From positions 23,765 through 87,764 of the forward strand of contig UQFQ01000004.1 of the NCBI GenBank assembly GCA_900540395.1: a DNA stretch of 64,000 nt, written 5' to 3'. Positions 49,336-58,979 of this stretch are shown here, piece after piece. Below the pieces are notes generated by a model. It saw nothing but the letters and a program-made list of their open reading frames with translations, was not told the origin of the DNA and did no database searches. The translations under genes and the position numbers were made by a program. Numbering within the stretch: the stretch's first letter is position 1; each line of letters opens with the position of its first letter. Origin of the DNA: an uncultured Mollicutes bacterium. GTDB taxonomy: Bacteria; Bacillota_I; Bacilli_A; RFN20; CAG-826.

Positions 49336-49677
49336 TTATTTCTCCTTGATGGAAGTGATTTGTTTTAGCAAATCGTGTAAAAGTTTTTTGTTTTTATCAA
49401 ATTCGTTAGTGTTGTATTTTGGTGAAATAACAACAATTAAATCTAGTCCGTTTGTTTTATATTCGAGATATGAGTCTAAAATCGCTCTGACTTGACGTTT
49501 AATTTTTACTCTAGTTACAGCAATCCCATTTCGTTTTGAGACATGAATTCCAACCCTAGTGAATCCGAATTCGTTTTTACGATAATAAACAGTATAGATT
49601 TCGTTTCTTTTAAACTTTTTAAGGTTGAAAATTTCTTTGAATTCTCGATATTTTTTAACGCGATTAATGACTTTCAT
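49336..49677 (-). CDS. rnpA: Ribonuclease P protein component
   Basis: Basic 113-aa protein directly after rpmH. Confidence 0.85.
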   Translation of the reverse strand: MKVINRVKKYREFKEIFNLKKFKRNEIYTVYYRKNEFGFTRVGIHVSKRNGIAVTRVKIKRQVRAILDSYLEYKTNGLDLIVVISPKYNTNEFDKNKKLLHDLLKQITSIKEK

Positions 49678-49680
49678 TAA

Positions 49681-49827
49681 TTAGTGTTTAGTATTGACGA
49701 CTAAAACTTTTCTACCTTTCTTTCTTCTTAAAGCTAAAACTTTTCTACCATGACCAGTTGCCATTCTTGCTCTAAATCCGTGGACTCTTGCTTTGTGTAA
49801 TTTACTTGGTTGGTAAGTTCTTTTCAT
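49681..49827 (-). CDS. rpmH: 50S ribosomal protein L34 (48 aa, too short for the ORF track)
   Basis: Manual translation gives [57 protein letters not shown] upstream. Confidence 0.85.
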   Translation of the reverse strand: MKRTYQPSKLHKARVHGFRARMATGHGRKVLALRRKKGRKVLVVNTKH

Positions 49828-50026
49828 AAATATATTCCTCCTAAAAATATGCAAAACAAATTATATATGTATATATACATATAAGTCAACTAAATGTCGT
49901 CTTGCTTAATTGTGTCATACTTCGTAAAAAGTCTAGAAATAGTCTTGCTTTCAACATAGTGTGTAATGCTCGTTTTTTTAATGTGTAGAAGTAGAAAAAC
50001 TATCGATAAAATCAATACTTTTTCTG

Positions 50027-50180
50027 TGTGGATTAATCAGACTTATGTGGAAAGCAATCCACAAAACACACAAAATCCACATGGACAAAAGTTTTCCACA
50101 TACTTTTCCACATAAAAATTGTGTATAACTTTTTCTTGTTCGGTGGTTGTCGCTTTTTATTTGTTTTTTAATGTGGAAAA
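50027..50180. repeat. oriC DnaA-box cluster of about seven 9-mers matching TTATCCACA with 0-2 mismatches, in both orientations, followed by an AT-rich unwinding region up to the dnaA start
   Basis: Boxes at 50027, 50046, 50055, 50073, 50092, 50104 and 50172 (TTTTCCACA, AATCCACA, TGTGGAAAA, etc.). Confidence 0.75.
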
Positions 50181-50244
50181 CTCACTTTATCAAATATTCA
50201 AGTCTATATATTTTTATATTTTTAATATAAAATAATCACGCATT

Positions 50245-51606
50245 ATGAATACGAATACAGTTAGTCAAAACGCGGAACTTTGGAACACTATTTTATCGAC
50301 AGTATCGGAAGAAAAAGAAAAAACTATCTTCGATGCTTTTTTTAGAAATACAAAAATTTACGATGTAGATGGAAATAAAATTTATATTCTTTGTGAATCA
50401 AAATTAACAAAAGAAATTTTGCGTGATCGTTTCTCTGATTACCTCTCGCAAAAACTTCTTCAACACACTTCAACAAATTATGTTCCAGTTTTTGTTACTA
50501 GTGACGATATCAAAGAAAAAAGGAAATTCGTTGATTCTTCCACAGAAGAGTTATCTTATTTCAAAAATTCTATTTTAGATCCTAATTATACTTTTGATAC
50601 TTTTGTTGTTGGGCCTTGTAATTCAGAAGCTCAAAAAGCTTCTTTATACACAGCAACAGCACCTGGCGGTATTTATCAAACACTCTTTATTTACGGCGGA
50701 AGCGGGCTTGGTAAAACTCACCTTTTAAACGCAATAGGTAATTATATAAAAACTAACATGCCAGAAAAGAAAGTTCTTTATTTTTCAAGCCAAGATTTTT
50801 TGAATGAATACATTGATTTCGTTAACGGAGATACACGTAAAGAACAACTTTATAAATTCCTTAAAAAGTTTGACGTTTTACTTATCGATGACATTCAAAT
50901 GTTAAAAGACAAAAGAAAAACTCAAGAATTTTTCTTTAACATTTACGAGGATTTTCGTCAAAATCATAAGCAAATTTGTTTTACTAGTGATCGTCTTCCT
51001 GGCGAGTTAGAAGGTATTGATCAACGTATTTTAACACGTTTTACAAGTGGTTTAAGTGTTTCAGTCACTAAGCCAGATACCGAGACTTGTTTTAACATTT
51101 TAAAATCAAAAATTACTGCTTCAGGTAGTGATTTATCTAATTATGATGAAGATGTACTATTCTTCATGGCGGACAAATTCAAAGATTCTATTAGAAGCCT
51201 TGAAGGTGCTTTAATTAGACTTAATTTTTACGCTTCGATTAACAAAGCAACTCACATCGATATCAATTTATGCGCTGAAGCTTTACAATCCATGGTTGAT
51301 TGTAGCGACGCTAAGAATAAAGTCAGCGAGCAAAAGATTTTAAGTGTTGTTAGCTCTTATTACTCGCTAAGCATTTCTCAAATAACAGGCAAAATCAAAG
51401 TTGGAAACATCGTTAACGCTCGCCATATTGCAATTTATTTAATGAGAGATTTATTAGATCTTCCTTTAAAGAAAATCGGAACAATTTTTAGTGGTAGAGA
51501 TCATACAACCATCATGCATTCCATAGAAAAAATTGATAAGTTGTTGAAAACTGATGAACAAACTCAAACCGCTATTCGCGAGTTAAAAAAGCGATTAGCA
51601 TCGTAA
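50245..51606 (+). CDS. dnaA: Chromosomal replication initiator DnaA
   Basis: AAA+ Walker A GGSGLGKTHLL and C-terminal HTH (DnaA signature). Confidence 0.95.
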   Translation: MNTNTVSQNAELWNTILSTVSEEKEKTIFDAFFRNTKIYDVDGNKIYILCESKLTKEILRDRFSDYLSQKLLQHTSTNYVPVFVTSDDIKEKRKFVDSSTEELSYFKNSILDPNYTFDTFVVGPCNSEAQKASLYTATAPGGIYQTLFIYGGSGLGKTHLLNAIGNYIKTNMPEKKVLYFSSQDFLNEYIDFVNGDTRKEQLYKFLKKFDVLLIDDIQMLKDKRKTQEFFFNIYEDFRQNHKQICFTSDRLPGELEGIDQRILTRFTSGLSVSVTKPDTETCFNILKSKITASGSDLSNYDEDVLFFMADKFKDSIRSLEGALIRLNFYASINKATHIDINLCAEALQSMVDCSDAKNKVSEQKILSVVSSYYSLSISQITGKIKVGNIVNARHIAIYLMRDLLDLPLKKIGTIFSGRDHTTIMHSIEKIDKLLKTDEQTQTAIRELKKRLAS

Positions 51607-51707
51607 AAATTAGAAAGTATAAAAATGTAAGAATTAAAGTATAAGTGAGTTTTCCACAATATCCGCAGAGCTTATTATTATAAAATTTAAAAAAAGGTAA
51701 ATAAATT
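51607..51707. promoter_or_regulatory. dnaA-dnaN intergenic region with one DnaA box (TTTTCCACA at 51650) and an AT-rich stretch (second oriC module or DUE)
   Basis: Seen in the sequence. Confidence 0.5.
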
Positions 51708-52832
51708 ATGAAATTTAATATTAAACGAAATGAATTTCTCAAAGCCGTTACAACAGCATCCAGATTTATTCCAACAAGTTCTCCTAATCCTATTCTTCTT
51801 GATGTTGCTTTAGTTTTAAATGAAGAAGGATTAATTCTTTATGGTGGCAATGGAGACGTTTATTTAGAAGTTGTTGTCCCGTTTATTATTGATGGAAAAG
51901 AAGTAATCCGTGATTATAAAGAAGGCTCAATCTTAATCAACGCAAAGATATTAAATGAAATTGTTAAAGCGATTGATGGAGAAGAGATTAACTTTGAAAT
52001 AGTTGAAGAAGGACTTGCTAAACTTGAAAACGATAGCAATACAAAATATTCATTAACTGTTACCCGTTTTGAAGAATATCCTGATTGTAATTTTGAAGAA
52101 AATGGAACAAGAGTTGTTTTAGATTCAAAGTTATTCCAACAAGCAGTCAATCAAGTCGCTTTTGCAGCGTCACAAAAAAATACAAGACAGCAATTAAAAG
52201 CTGTTAATTTTGAAAATAATGGTACAAACTTAATTTTAACAGCTACAGACGGTTCAAGACTTGCTAAAAAAGAACTTCCTAGTGATTGTGTAAACATGTT
52301 TTCGATTAATATTGACGCAAAAACACTTTTAGAAGCCGCTAGAACGATTGAAAACGAAAAAGAGATTGAAATATATGCAAGTGATAAAAAAGTGCTTTTT
52401 AAGTACGCTAACACTAAAATTATCACCAATTTAATTGGTGGTGATTATCCAAATGTTAAAAATATCGTTCCAAAAACTTACTATTATTTCTTAGAAGTTA
52501 ATGCAAATGATTTCTTAAATGCTATTAATAGTGTCGCTATGCTTACTTTAGATAGAGAAAACATTGTTAAAGTAACAATGGTTGAAGGAAACGTTGTTGT
52601 TTCTTCTAAATCTCAGCTTTCTGGAAGCGGAGAAAAGATTTTAAGCTTATTTAGATACACTGGCGAGAGATTAGAAATAAGTTTTAATTATCACTTTGTT
52701 GTAGATGCGATTAAAGCTTTAGGATCACAAGATGTTTTACTTTCATTTGTTGGTGAAATGAAGCCATTCACAATCACTGATAAAAATGATCCGAGCAATA
52801 TTCACCTAATAACACCGGTTAGAACGTATTAG
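51708..52832 (+). CDS. dnaN: DNA polymerase III beta sliding clamp
   Basis: Three-domain clamp of ~374 aa after dnaA. Confidence 0.95.
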   Translation: MKFNIKRNEFLKAVTTASRFIPTSSPNPILLDVALVLNEEGLILYGGNGDVYLEVVVPFIIDGKEVIRDYKEGSILINAKILNEIVKAIDGEEINFEIVEEGLAKLENDSNTKYSLTVTRFEEYPDCNFEENGTRVVLDSKLFQQAVNQVAFAASQKNTRQQLKAVNFENNGTNLILTATDGSRLAKKELPSDCVNMFSINIDAKTLLEAARTIENEKEIEIYASDKKVLFKYANTKIITNLIGGDYPNVKNIVPKTYYYFLEVNANDFLNAINSVAMLTLDRENIVKVTMVEGNVVVSSKSQLSGSGEKILSLFRYTGERLEISFNYHFVVDAIKALGSQDVLLSFVGEMKPFTITDKNDPSNIHLITPVRTY

Positions 52833-52853
52833 GGCAATAAAATTTAATGTATC

Positions 52854-52882
52854 GACTACCTATACCAAGGTAGTCTTTTTTC
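52854..52882 (+). terminator. Intrinsic terminator after dnaN
   Basis: GACTACCT-atacca-AGGTAGTC-TTTTTT. Confidence 0.7.
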
Positions 52883-52927
52883 TTTAAAATGGGCTTCCTT
52901 TAATATATAATATTAAAGGAGTCGGAA

Positions 52928-53149
52928 ATGAATAAATTTAAAGAAGTAAAAATAACAAGTGAGTACATTACCTTAGGCCAATTCTTAAAATTTGCAGATA
53001 TTATTGCAAATGGAGGAGAAGCAAAAGAGTTCATTGCTGAACATGATATTTTTGTTAATGGAACTGTTTGCAAAATGAGAGGTAAAAAACTTTATGCTTC
53101 TGATCAAATAGTCATTGATGATTCTTTGTTCTTTGAAATTGGCAAATGA
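52928..53149 (+). CDS. yaaA: S4-domain RNA-binding protein YaaA
   Basis: Small S4 protein conserved between dnaN and recF. Confidence 0.8.
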   Translation: MNKFKEVKITSEYITLGQFLKFADIIANGGEAKEFIAEHDIFVNGTVCKMRGKKLYASDQIVIDDSLFFEIGK

Positions 53150-54210
53150 TAGTTGAAGAGCTTGAATTACATAATTTACGTAATTATGAGTTTTTAAAAG
53201 TATCTTTTAAACCAGGAATAAATTATATCTACGGAGAGAATGCTAGCGGAAAAACAAACATTCTTGAAGCGATATACTTTTTGTCTTTAACGAGGTCTTT
53301 TAGAACAAGCGAAATTAGTGAGTTAGTTAGAAAAGATGCAGGATTTGCGGTGATTTTAGCAAAAATTAAGGATGAAAAATCAACAAAAACCCTAGAAATT
53401 AAGTTTAACGATAAAGGTAAAAAAATCTTATTGAACAACAAAACAGTCTCAAAAATAAGTGAGCTAAATTCCTTGATAAATGTCTTAAGCTTTATTCCTA
53501 GAAATACAAATCTATTAAAAGATGCACCAAAAGAAAGAAGAAAGTTTTTAAACATTTACTTGTCAAAATTTTCAAATAATTATTTAAAAACTTTATCTCT
53601 TTACGAGAAGATTCTTAAAGAAAGAAATGATGCTTTTAAAGCTTACAAAATCAATTACACCTTAATTGGTATTCTTACGAATCAAATTATTAATTTAAAC
53701 AAAGAAATCTATATTTATAGGAAAAAGTTTATTAATGAAATTAATAAATATCTTAATGATGTTTATAAAAATGTGTCATTAAAAGATGAAAAACTTCTTA
53801 TGACTTACGAAAGTTTCATCAAAGATTATGAAAATATAGAAAACTTTCTGAAAGACGAATTTCAAAAAGTGAAAGAAGAAGAATTAAAGAGAAAACAAAC
53901 TTTGATTGGTGTTCATAAAGATGATTTTAAACTCTTCCTTGATGGTAGAGATGTAAGCTTATATGGCTCTCAAGGTGAAAATCGTATTTCAGTTATTTCA
54001 CTAATACTATCGCTTTATTTTTTGAATAAAGATAAAAGTCCAATTATAGTTCTTGATGATGTTCTTAGTGAACTTGATTCAAAACACGAACAAAATTTAA
54101 TTAATTATCTTGAAAATTTTACACAAGTTTTCATAACAAACACTGCAAAAAGTCAATATTTCAATAAAAATTATTATCATTTAGAGAATAGAACGATGAA
54201 GGAGGAATGA
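53146..54210 (+). CDS. recF: DNA replication and repair protein RecF
   Basis: Walker A GENASGKTN and SMC-like signature. Confidence 0.9.
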   Translation: MIVEELELHNLRNYEFLKVSFKPGINYIYGENASGKTNILEAIYFLSLTRSFRTSEISELVRKDAGFAVILAKIKDEKSTKTLEIKFNDKGKKILLNNKTVSKISELNSLINVLSFIPRNTNLLKDAPKERRKFLNIYLSKFSNNYLKTLSLYEKILKERNDAFKAYKINYTLIGILTNQIINLNKEIYIYRKKFINEINKYLNDVYKNVSLKDEKLLMTYESFIKDYENIENFLKDEFQKVKEEELKRKQTLIGVHKDDFKLFLDGRDVSLYGSQGENRISVISLILSLYFLNKDKSPIIVLDDVLSELDSKHEQNLINYLENFTQVFITNTAKSQYFNKNYYHLENRTMKEE

Positions 54211-56324
54211 AGATGGAAGAAGAAAAGAAAGAGCAAGAAAAAGTAGTCGAAACTTCTGAAGAAACTGAGAGTGAAAAAATCGACATCAATGAAGGGTTTG
54301 ACGCTCAAGAAGAAAGTATCGACTCTAAAATTTCTAACGAAATCATTGATATTAATGATGAAAGAGTTCTAGAAAAAGGTGATGAAAAATATAACAGTGA
54401 TTCTATTCAAGTTTTAGAAGGACTTGAAGCTGTTAGAAAAAGACCTGGTATGTATATCGGATCTACATCTTCCACTGGTCTTCATCATTTAGTTTGGGAA
54501 ATCGTTGATAATGGTATCGATGAAGCTTTAGCTGGATATTGCGATACTATTAACGTTGATATTAACCCAGATAACACAATCACAGTTACTGATAATGGTA
54601 GAGGTATTCCTGTAGATGTCGTTGACAAGACAAAATTAAGTGGTGTTGAAACTGTCTACACTGTTTTACACGCTGGTGGAAAGTTTGGCCAAGGAAGCGT
54701 ATATAAGGTTAGTGGTGGTCTCCATGGTGTTGGAGCTTCTGTTGTTAACGCACTTTCCTCTTGGCTTGAAGTCACTGTTAAAAAAGATGGTGGTGTTTAT
54801 TTTATCCGCTTTGAAAACGGAGGACATACAGTTGAACCTTTAAAAAGAATTGGTGATTGTTCATCAAAAGAACACGGGACAAAAGTCACTTTCAAACCAG
54901 ACCCAACTATTTTTAAAGAAACAACTATCTATAGTTACGAAACAATCAAAAATAGACTTAGACAAATGGCTTTCTTAAACAAAGGAGTTACAATTGTACT
55001 TCGTGATTTAAGAATGGATCCAATCTTAGAAGATAAATTCCATTTTGAAGGCGGCATTAAAGAATACGTCACATATGTAAATAGAAACGGAGAAGCTTTA
55101 TTCCCTAACGTTTTTTATTCAGAAGGGGCTCAGATCTTTGACGACAACGGAACAAAAGAAACAATTTATTGTGAAATCGCACTTCAGTATACAAAGAGCT
55201 ACACTCATAACGTTTATTCTTTTTGTAACAATGTTTCTACTGGAAATGGTGGCATGCATGTTGATGGCTTTAATTTAGCTTTAGTTAGAGTAATAAATAA
55301 TTACGCAAGAGATAACAAAATTTTAAAAGACAGTGATAAAGAAAGAATTACTCTTGAAGATTGCTTAGAAGGGTTAACAGCTATTATTTCAGTTAAGCAC
55401 CCAAATCCACAATATGAAGGTCAAACTAAAGGAAAATTAGGAAACCTTGAAGTTAAAAAGATTGTTAATACAGTTTTTGGCGATCAATTACAAAGATACT
55501 TACTCGAAAACAAAGATGTTGCTTTAGCAATCGCTAAGAAAGTTAAAAGCGCTTATGATGGGCGTTTAGCTGCTCGTGCTGCTAAAGAAAATATGAGAAG
55601 AAAGGATGTACTTGAACCAACTACACTCCCTGGAAAATTAGCCGATTGTAGTTCTAACAATCCTGAAGAATGTGAATTATTTATTGTTGAGGGTAATTCT
55701 GCAGGTGGAAGCGCAAAGCAAGGAAGAGACCCAAAAACTCAAGCTATTATGCCTTTAAGAGGCAAAATCTTAAATGTTCAAAAAGCTCAAGCCCATCGTA
55801 TTTTTGAAAATGCCGAAATTGGAAATATGATAAGTGCAATCGGAGCAGGTTATGGTGAAGAATTTGATATAACTAAAATCAGATATCACAAAATTGTCAT
55901 CATGACTGATGCTGATGTTGACGGTTCTCATATCAGAATCTTACTTTTAACATTCTTCCACAGATTTATGAAACCATTAATTGAACATGGTTGTGTTTAT
56001 ATCGCTCAACCTCCTTTATATAAAGTTGAATATAAAGGAAAAGCATATTATGCATATAACGACGAACAACTTAATGTAATTAGAAAAGAACTCGCTTTAA
56101 AACCTGGTTATCCATACCAAAGATATAAAGGTCTTGGTGAAATGGATCCTTCACAACTTGAAGAGACAACTATGGACCCTAAAGTTAGAAAAATGTTAAG
56201 AGTTACCGTGGATGATGCTGTTGCAGCAGATCAAGTATTTAACGATCTAATGGGTGAAGACGTTGAACCACGTTCAACATTCATTGAAGAAAACGCAAAA
56301 TTTGTTAAGAATCTTGATATTTAA
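54207..56324 (+). CDS. gyrB: DNA gyrase subunit B, with a ~55-aa acidic N-terminal extension
   Basis: GHKL ATPase, Toprim EGDSAGG and PLRGKILNV motifs. Confidence 0.95.
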   Translation: MKMEEEKKEQEKVVETSEETESEKIDINEGFDAQEESIDSKISNEIIDINDERVLEKGDEKYNSDSIQVLEGLEAVRKRPGMYIGSTSSTGLHHLVWEIVDNGIDEALAGYCDTINVDINPDNTITVTDNGRGIPVDVVDKTKLSGVETVYTVLHAGGKFGQGSVYKVSGGLHGVGASVVNALSSWLEVTVKKDGGVYFIRFENGGHTVEPLKRIGDCSSKEHGTKVTFKPDPTIFKETTIYSYETIKNRLRQMAFLNKGVTIVLRDLRMDPILEDKFHFEGGIKEYVTYVNRNGEALFPNVFYSEGAQIFDDNGTKETIYCEIALQYTKSYTHNVYSFCNNVSTGNGGMHVDGFNLALVRVINNYARDNKILKDSDKERITLEDCLEGLTAIISVKHPNPQYEGQTKGKLGNLEVKKIVNTVFGDQLQRYLLENKDVALAIAKKVKSAYDGRLAARAAKENMRRKDVLEPTTLPGKLADCSSNNPEECELFIVEGNSAGGSAKQGRDPKTQAIMPLRGKILNVQKAQAHRIFENAEIGNMISAIGAGYGEEFDITKIRYHKIVIMTDADVDGSHIRILLLTFFHRFMKPLIEHGCVYIAQPPLYKVEYKGKAYYAYNDEQLNVIRKELALKPGYPYQRYKGLGEMDPSQLEETTMDPKVRKMLRVTVDDAVAADQVFNDLMGEDVEPRSTFIEENAKFVKNLDI

Positions 56325-56343
56325 AAAAAGATGAGGTATTTGC

Positions 56344-58956
56344 ATGGAAAACGAAGAAAAGAAAGCAGAAATTACTGAAAATACAAACGATAGCGAAGAA
56401 GAATTAAGAGAAGAAAACGCTGAACTTGAAGCCGGAATAGTCCCATCTTTAACAAATACTGAAATAGTTACTCAAGTTCAAGATTCTTTCTTGGATTATG
56501 CGATGAGCGTCATTGTTTCAAGAGCTCTTCCTGATGTAAGAGATGGTTTAAAACCAGTTCATAGAAGAGTCATTTATGCAATGTACGATGCTGGCTATAC
56601 ACCAAGTAAACCATTTGTTAAATCAGCAAAAATTGTTGGTGAAGTTATGGGTAAATATCACCCACACGGCGATAGCGCAATTTATCAAACATTAGTTAGA
56701 CTTGCTCAACCTTTCTCTATGAGATATTGCTTAGCAACAGGACACGGAAACTTTGGTTCAATGGATGGCGATGAAGCAGCAGCTCCTCGTTATACTGAAG
56801 CAAGAATGTCAAAAATATCATTAGAGCTTGTTAAAGATATTAATTACAATACTGTTGATTTTGCACCAAACTATGATGGCAGTTTAGAAGAACCAACTAT
56901 TTTACCAGCTAGATTTCCTAATTTACTTGTAAATGGTAGTGATGGTATTGCTGTTGGTATGGCTACAAAGATGCCTCCACATAACTTAACAGAAATTTGT
57001 GAAGGTATTGAATTTGTTGCTCATAATCCAGATTGTTCAATCGAAGAATTAATGAAGATTGTTAAAGCTCCTGATTTCCCAACCGGTGGCATTATTTATG
57101 GTTTAGGTGGAGTAAGAGATGCTTATTTAACAGGTAGAGGAACTTTCAGACTAAGAGGTAAAACTGAAATTCATGAAAATCCAAATGGAAAATCAAAAAT
57201 TATCATTACTGAGATTCCATATCAAGTTAATAAATCAACTTTAGTTGCTAAAATTGGCGAATTAGCTAGAGACAAGGTTATTGATGGAATTACTTCTGTT
57301 AAAGATTTTTCCAAAACCGATGTTAGAATCGAAATTGAAACAAGAAGAGATGTTGTTCCTCAAGTAATTCTTAATCAATTATTTAAAAATACTCAACTTG
57401 AAATTAGTTACGGTATTATAAATCTTTGCATTTTAAATGGTGTACCTAGAGTTTTAGGTTTAAAAGAATTAATTAATCAATATATTAATTTCCAAATCGA
57501 AATTGTTGAAAGAAGAACTAAATTCTTAAAAGCAAAAGATGAAGCTAGACAACATATTATTGAAGCTTTAATTAAAGTACATGACCTATTAGATGTTTCT
57601 AAACTTGGTGGAAAAGAAAGCAGAGATGAATTTATTGATCTTGCTACATCTTCACCAAACCAAGCAGTCTTAACTCAAAGACTTATGGAAAGATATGGTT
57701 TCAGTCAAGTTCAAGCCGAAGCTGTTGTTGCAATGACTATTGGTCGTTTGACAGGACTTGAAACACAAAAACTCCATGATGAATATGACGAACTTGCTAA
57801 GAATATTGAAAGATATGTTTATATTCTTGAATCAAGAGAACATATGCTTGAAGTTGTTTTAAGTGAACTTAACGAAATTAAAGAAAAATTCGGCGACGAA
57901 AGAAGAACTCAAGTTTCAACTGCAATCTCATCAATTGATGATGAAGATTTGATTCCAGAAGAAGATATCGTTATTACTTTAACTAATAAAGGATATATTA
58001 AACGTATGTCTACCTCAGAATTCAAGCTTCAAAATAGAGGCGGAACAGGTGTTAAAGGAATGAGTGTTTATAATGATGATGAAGTCATGATTGTCTTATC
58101 ATCAAAAACCCATACAGACGTTTTATTCTTTACTAATTTAGGACGAGTTTATAGAAAAAGAGGACATGAAATTCCTGAATTTAGCAGAACAGGTAAAGGA
58201 ATTCCAGTTCTCAATCTTTTAAGCCTCGATAAAGAAGAAAAAGTTGTTGCTTTAATTAGTGCAGACGAATATGAAAACCACTATTTATTCTTCGCAACCG
58301 AACAAGGCGTTGTAAAAAGAACTGATTTAAGTGAGTTTAAACGTATTAATCGTAATGGTAAAAACGCTATTTCCTTTAAAGAAGGAGATAACTTACTTGA
58401 TGTTAGAGTAACTAATGGTTCAGCAAAAATTCTTCTTGCTAGTAACGATGGTAAACTTTGTATGTTTAATGAAGAAGACGTTAGAGCTATGGGAAGAAAT
58501 GCGGCCGGTGTTAGAGGTATGAAATTGAGAGATGAAGATAAACTTGTCGGCTTATCAACTGATCTCACTGGACACCTTGTATTCGCATTAAGTGAAAACG
58601 GCCTTGGAAAACTTTCTGAAATCGAAGACTATAGATTAACAAATAGAGGAGCTGGTGGTGTTATTACTATTAAAATCACCGAAAAAACTGGAAAACTTAT
58701 CGGCATGAAAGTTATTAACGGTGATGAAGATTATCTTGTTATGACTAACAACGGACAAGTTATTAGATCACCAATTTCCCAAGTTAGACTCTGTGGCAGA
58801 AATTCGTCTGGTGTTAAAATTATTAACTTAAAAGAAGGTGAAAAAGTTTCTAGCTTTACAATTCTTCCTCACGAAGAACAAGAAGAAACTGCTCCAGTAA
58901 ATGAAGAAAATTCAAATTCTGAAGCTTCCAATACAAACATAGAAGAAGTTAAGTAA
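56344..58956 (+). CDS. gyrA: DNA gyrase subunit A, with ~30-aa acidic N-terminal and C-terminal tails
   Basis: Active-site Tyr region AAMRYTEARM and beta-pinwheel C-terminal domain. Confidence 0.95.
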   Translation: MENEEKKAEITENTNDSEEELREENAELEAGIVPSLTNTEIVTQVQDSFLDYAMSVIVSRALPDVRDGLKPVHRRVIYAMYDAGYTPSKPFVKSAKIVGEVMGKYHPHGDSAIYQTLVRLAQPFSMRYCLATGHGNFGSMDGDEAAAPRYTEARMSKISLELVKDINYNTVDFAPNYDGSLEEPTILPARFPNLLVNGSDGIAVGMATKMPPHNLTEICEGIEFVAHNPDCSIEELMKIVKAPDFPTGGIIYGLGGVRDAYLTGRGTFRLRGKTEIHENPNGKSKIIITEIPYQVNKSTLVAKIGELARDKVIDGITSVKDFSKTDVRIEIETRRDVVPQVILNQLFKNTQLEISYGIINLCILNGVPRVLGLKELINQYINFQIEIVERRTKFLKAKDEARQHIIEALIKVHDLLDVSKLGGKESRDEFIDLATSSPNQAVLTQRLMERYGFSQVQAEAVVAMTIGRLTGLETQKLHDEYDELAKNIERYVYILESREHMLEVVLSELNEIKEKFGDERRTQVSTAISSIDDEDLIPEEDIVITLTNKGYIKRMSTSEFKLQNRGGTGVKGMSVYNDDEVMIVLSSKTHTDVLFFTNLGRVYRKRGHEIPEFSRTGKGIPVLNLLSLDKEEKVVALISADEYENHYLFFATEQGVVKRTDLSEFKRINRNGKNAISFKEGDNLLDVRVTNGSAKILLASNDGKLCMFNEEDVRAMGRNAAGVRGMKLRDEDKLVGLSTDLTGHLVFALSENGLGKLSEIEDYRLTNRGAGGVITIKITEKTGKLIGMKVINGDEDYLVMTNNGQVIRSPISQVRLCGRNSSGVKIINLKEGEKVSSFTILPHEEQEETAPVNEENSNSEASNTNIEEVK

Positions 58957-58979
58957 AATATAGTTTTCAAGTAAAAACC

